A stretch of DNA of 46,325 bases, filler included, from Catajapyx aquilonaris (taxonomy: Eukaryota), in the NCBI GenBank assembly GCA_000934665.2. It is 2 parts of 2 records of this genome, joined end to end, with 100 filler letters (N's around TTAATTAATTAA, not from the genome) between each part and the next. Parts side by side here need not be neighbours in the genome. Positions count along the whole stretch, not along the records: positions 23,214 to 46,325 come from JYFJ02005746.1; 1 more part is not named here. One strand, given 5' to 3'. Positions 45,925-46,325 of the stretch are shown in pieces. Both the position numbers and the translations under genes were made by a program. The notes beneath the pieces were generated by a model. The model was not told the DNA's origin. It was given only the letters and a program-made list of their open reading frames with translations, and searched no databases. Position 1 is the first letter of the stretch. Every line of letters begins with the position of its first letter.

Positions 45925-46325
45925 GTAAGTACAGGACAGGCCTGTTTCCCTTCTCTGCAGCAATTGACATCAATGGGTAGCATCAAGAGTTTTAACCAAA
46001 GGAAATGGAGCTGCAAAGATATACATCTGCTTATTGCATTTCCTACATTTTATGCCTATGTGTAAATAAGGGTAACGTTTGAATTTGCCATATGATTCAA
46101 AATATTGTTACTGGAATCATTTCTTTGAAATAGGGCATCATTTTAAAAAGTCACACTTGTACTATCACGTTCAAAAAGATTGTCGTCACTGTTTATTTTC
46201 TTGTGTGTTTATGTGTTGGCTATCCTGAGCGCTCCCAGGTTACCGCGGTTGTTTATTTGGCGTCATTCCGGAATCCACGGCACTGTGATCACGGGTCACG
46301 GCCGCGGTCCCACGGCCCCAGTGTC

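Overview
This is eukaryotic genomic DNA with GT-AG introns, most likely an arthropod and probably an insect (inferred from gene and repeat types). It is two ~23.1-kb segments joined at the exact midpoint by an artificial 100-nt spacer (44 N + TTAATTAATTAA + 44 N). The left half holds two paralogous 3-exon genes for putatively secreted structural, cuticle-like proteins. Each has an acidic Gly-rich / basic (V,Y)PV(Y,I)QK-hexad / acidic Gly-rich triblock layout. The left half also has a 36-bp minisatellite and the 3' five exons of a DDX27/Drs1 DEAD-box helicase on the minus strand. The right half holds eight exons of an ENOX1/2-like RRM gene on the plus strand, incomplete at both ends. Introns and intergenic DNA are dense with three tRNA-derived SINE families, many with clear TSDs, that share a covarying 3' stem-loop. 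There are also many MITEs (Tc1/mariner-pogo, PIF/Harbinger, AATT-targeting Sola-like, long foldbacks), often nested. I found no prokaryotic system, CRISPR array or rRNA. The best 'new biology' candidates are the triblock protein pair and the modular SINE set.
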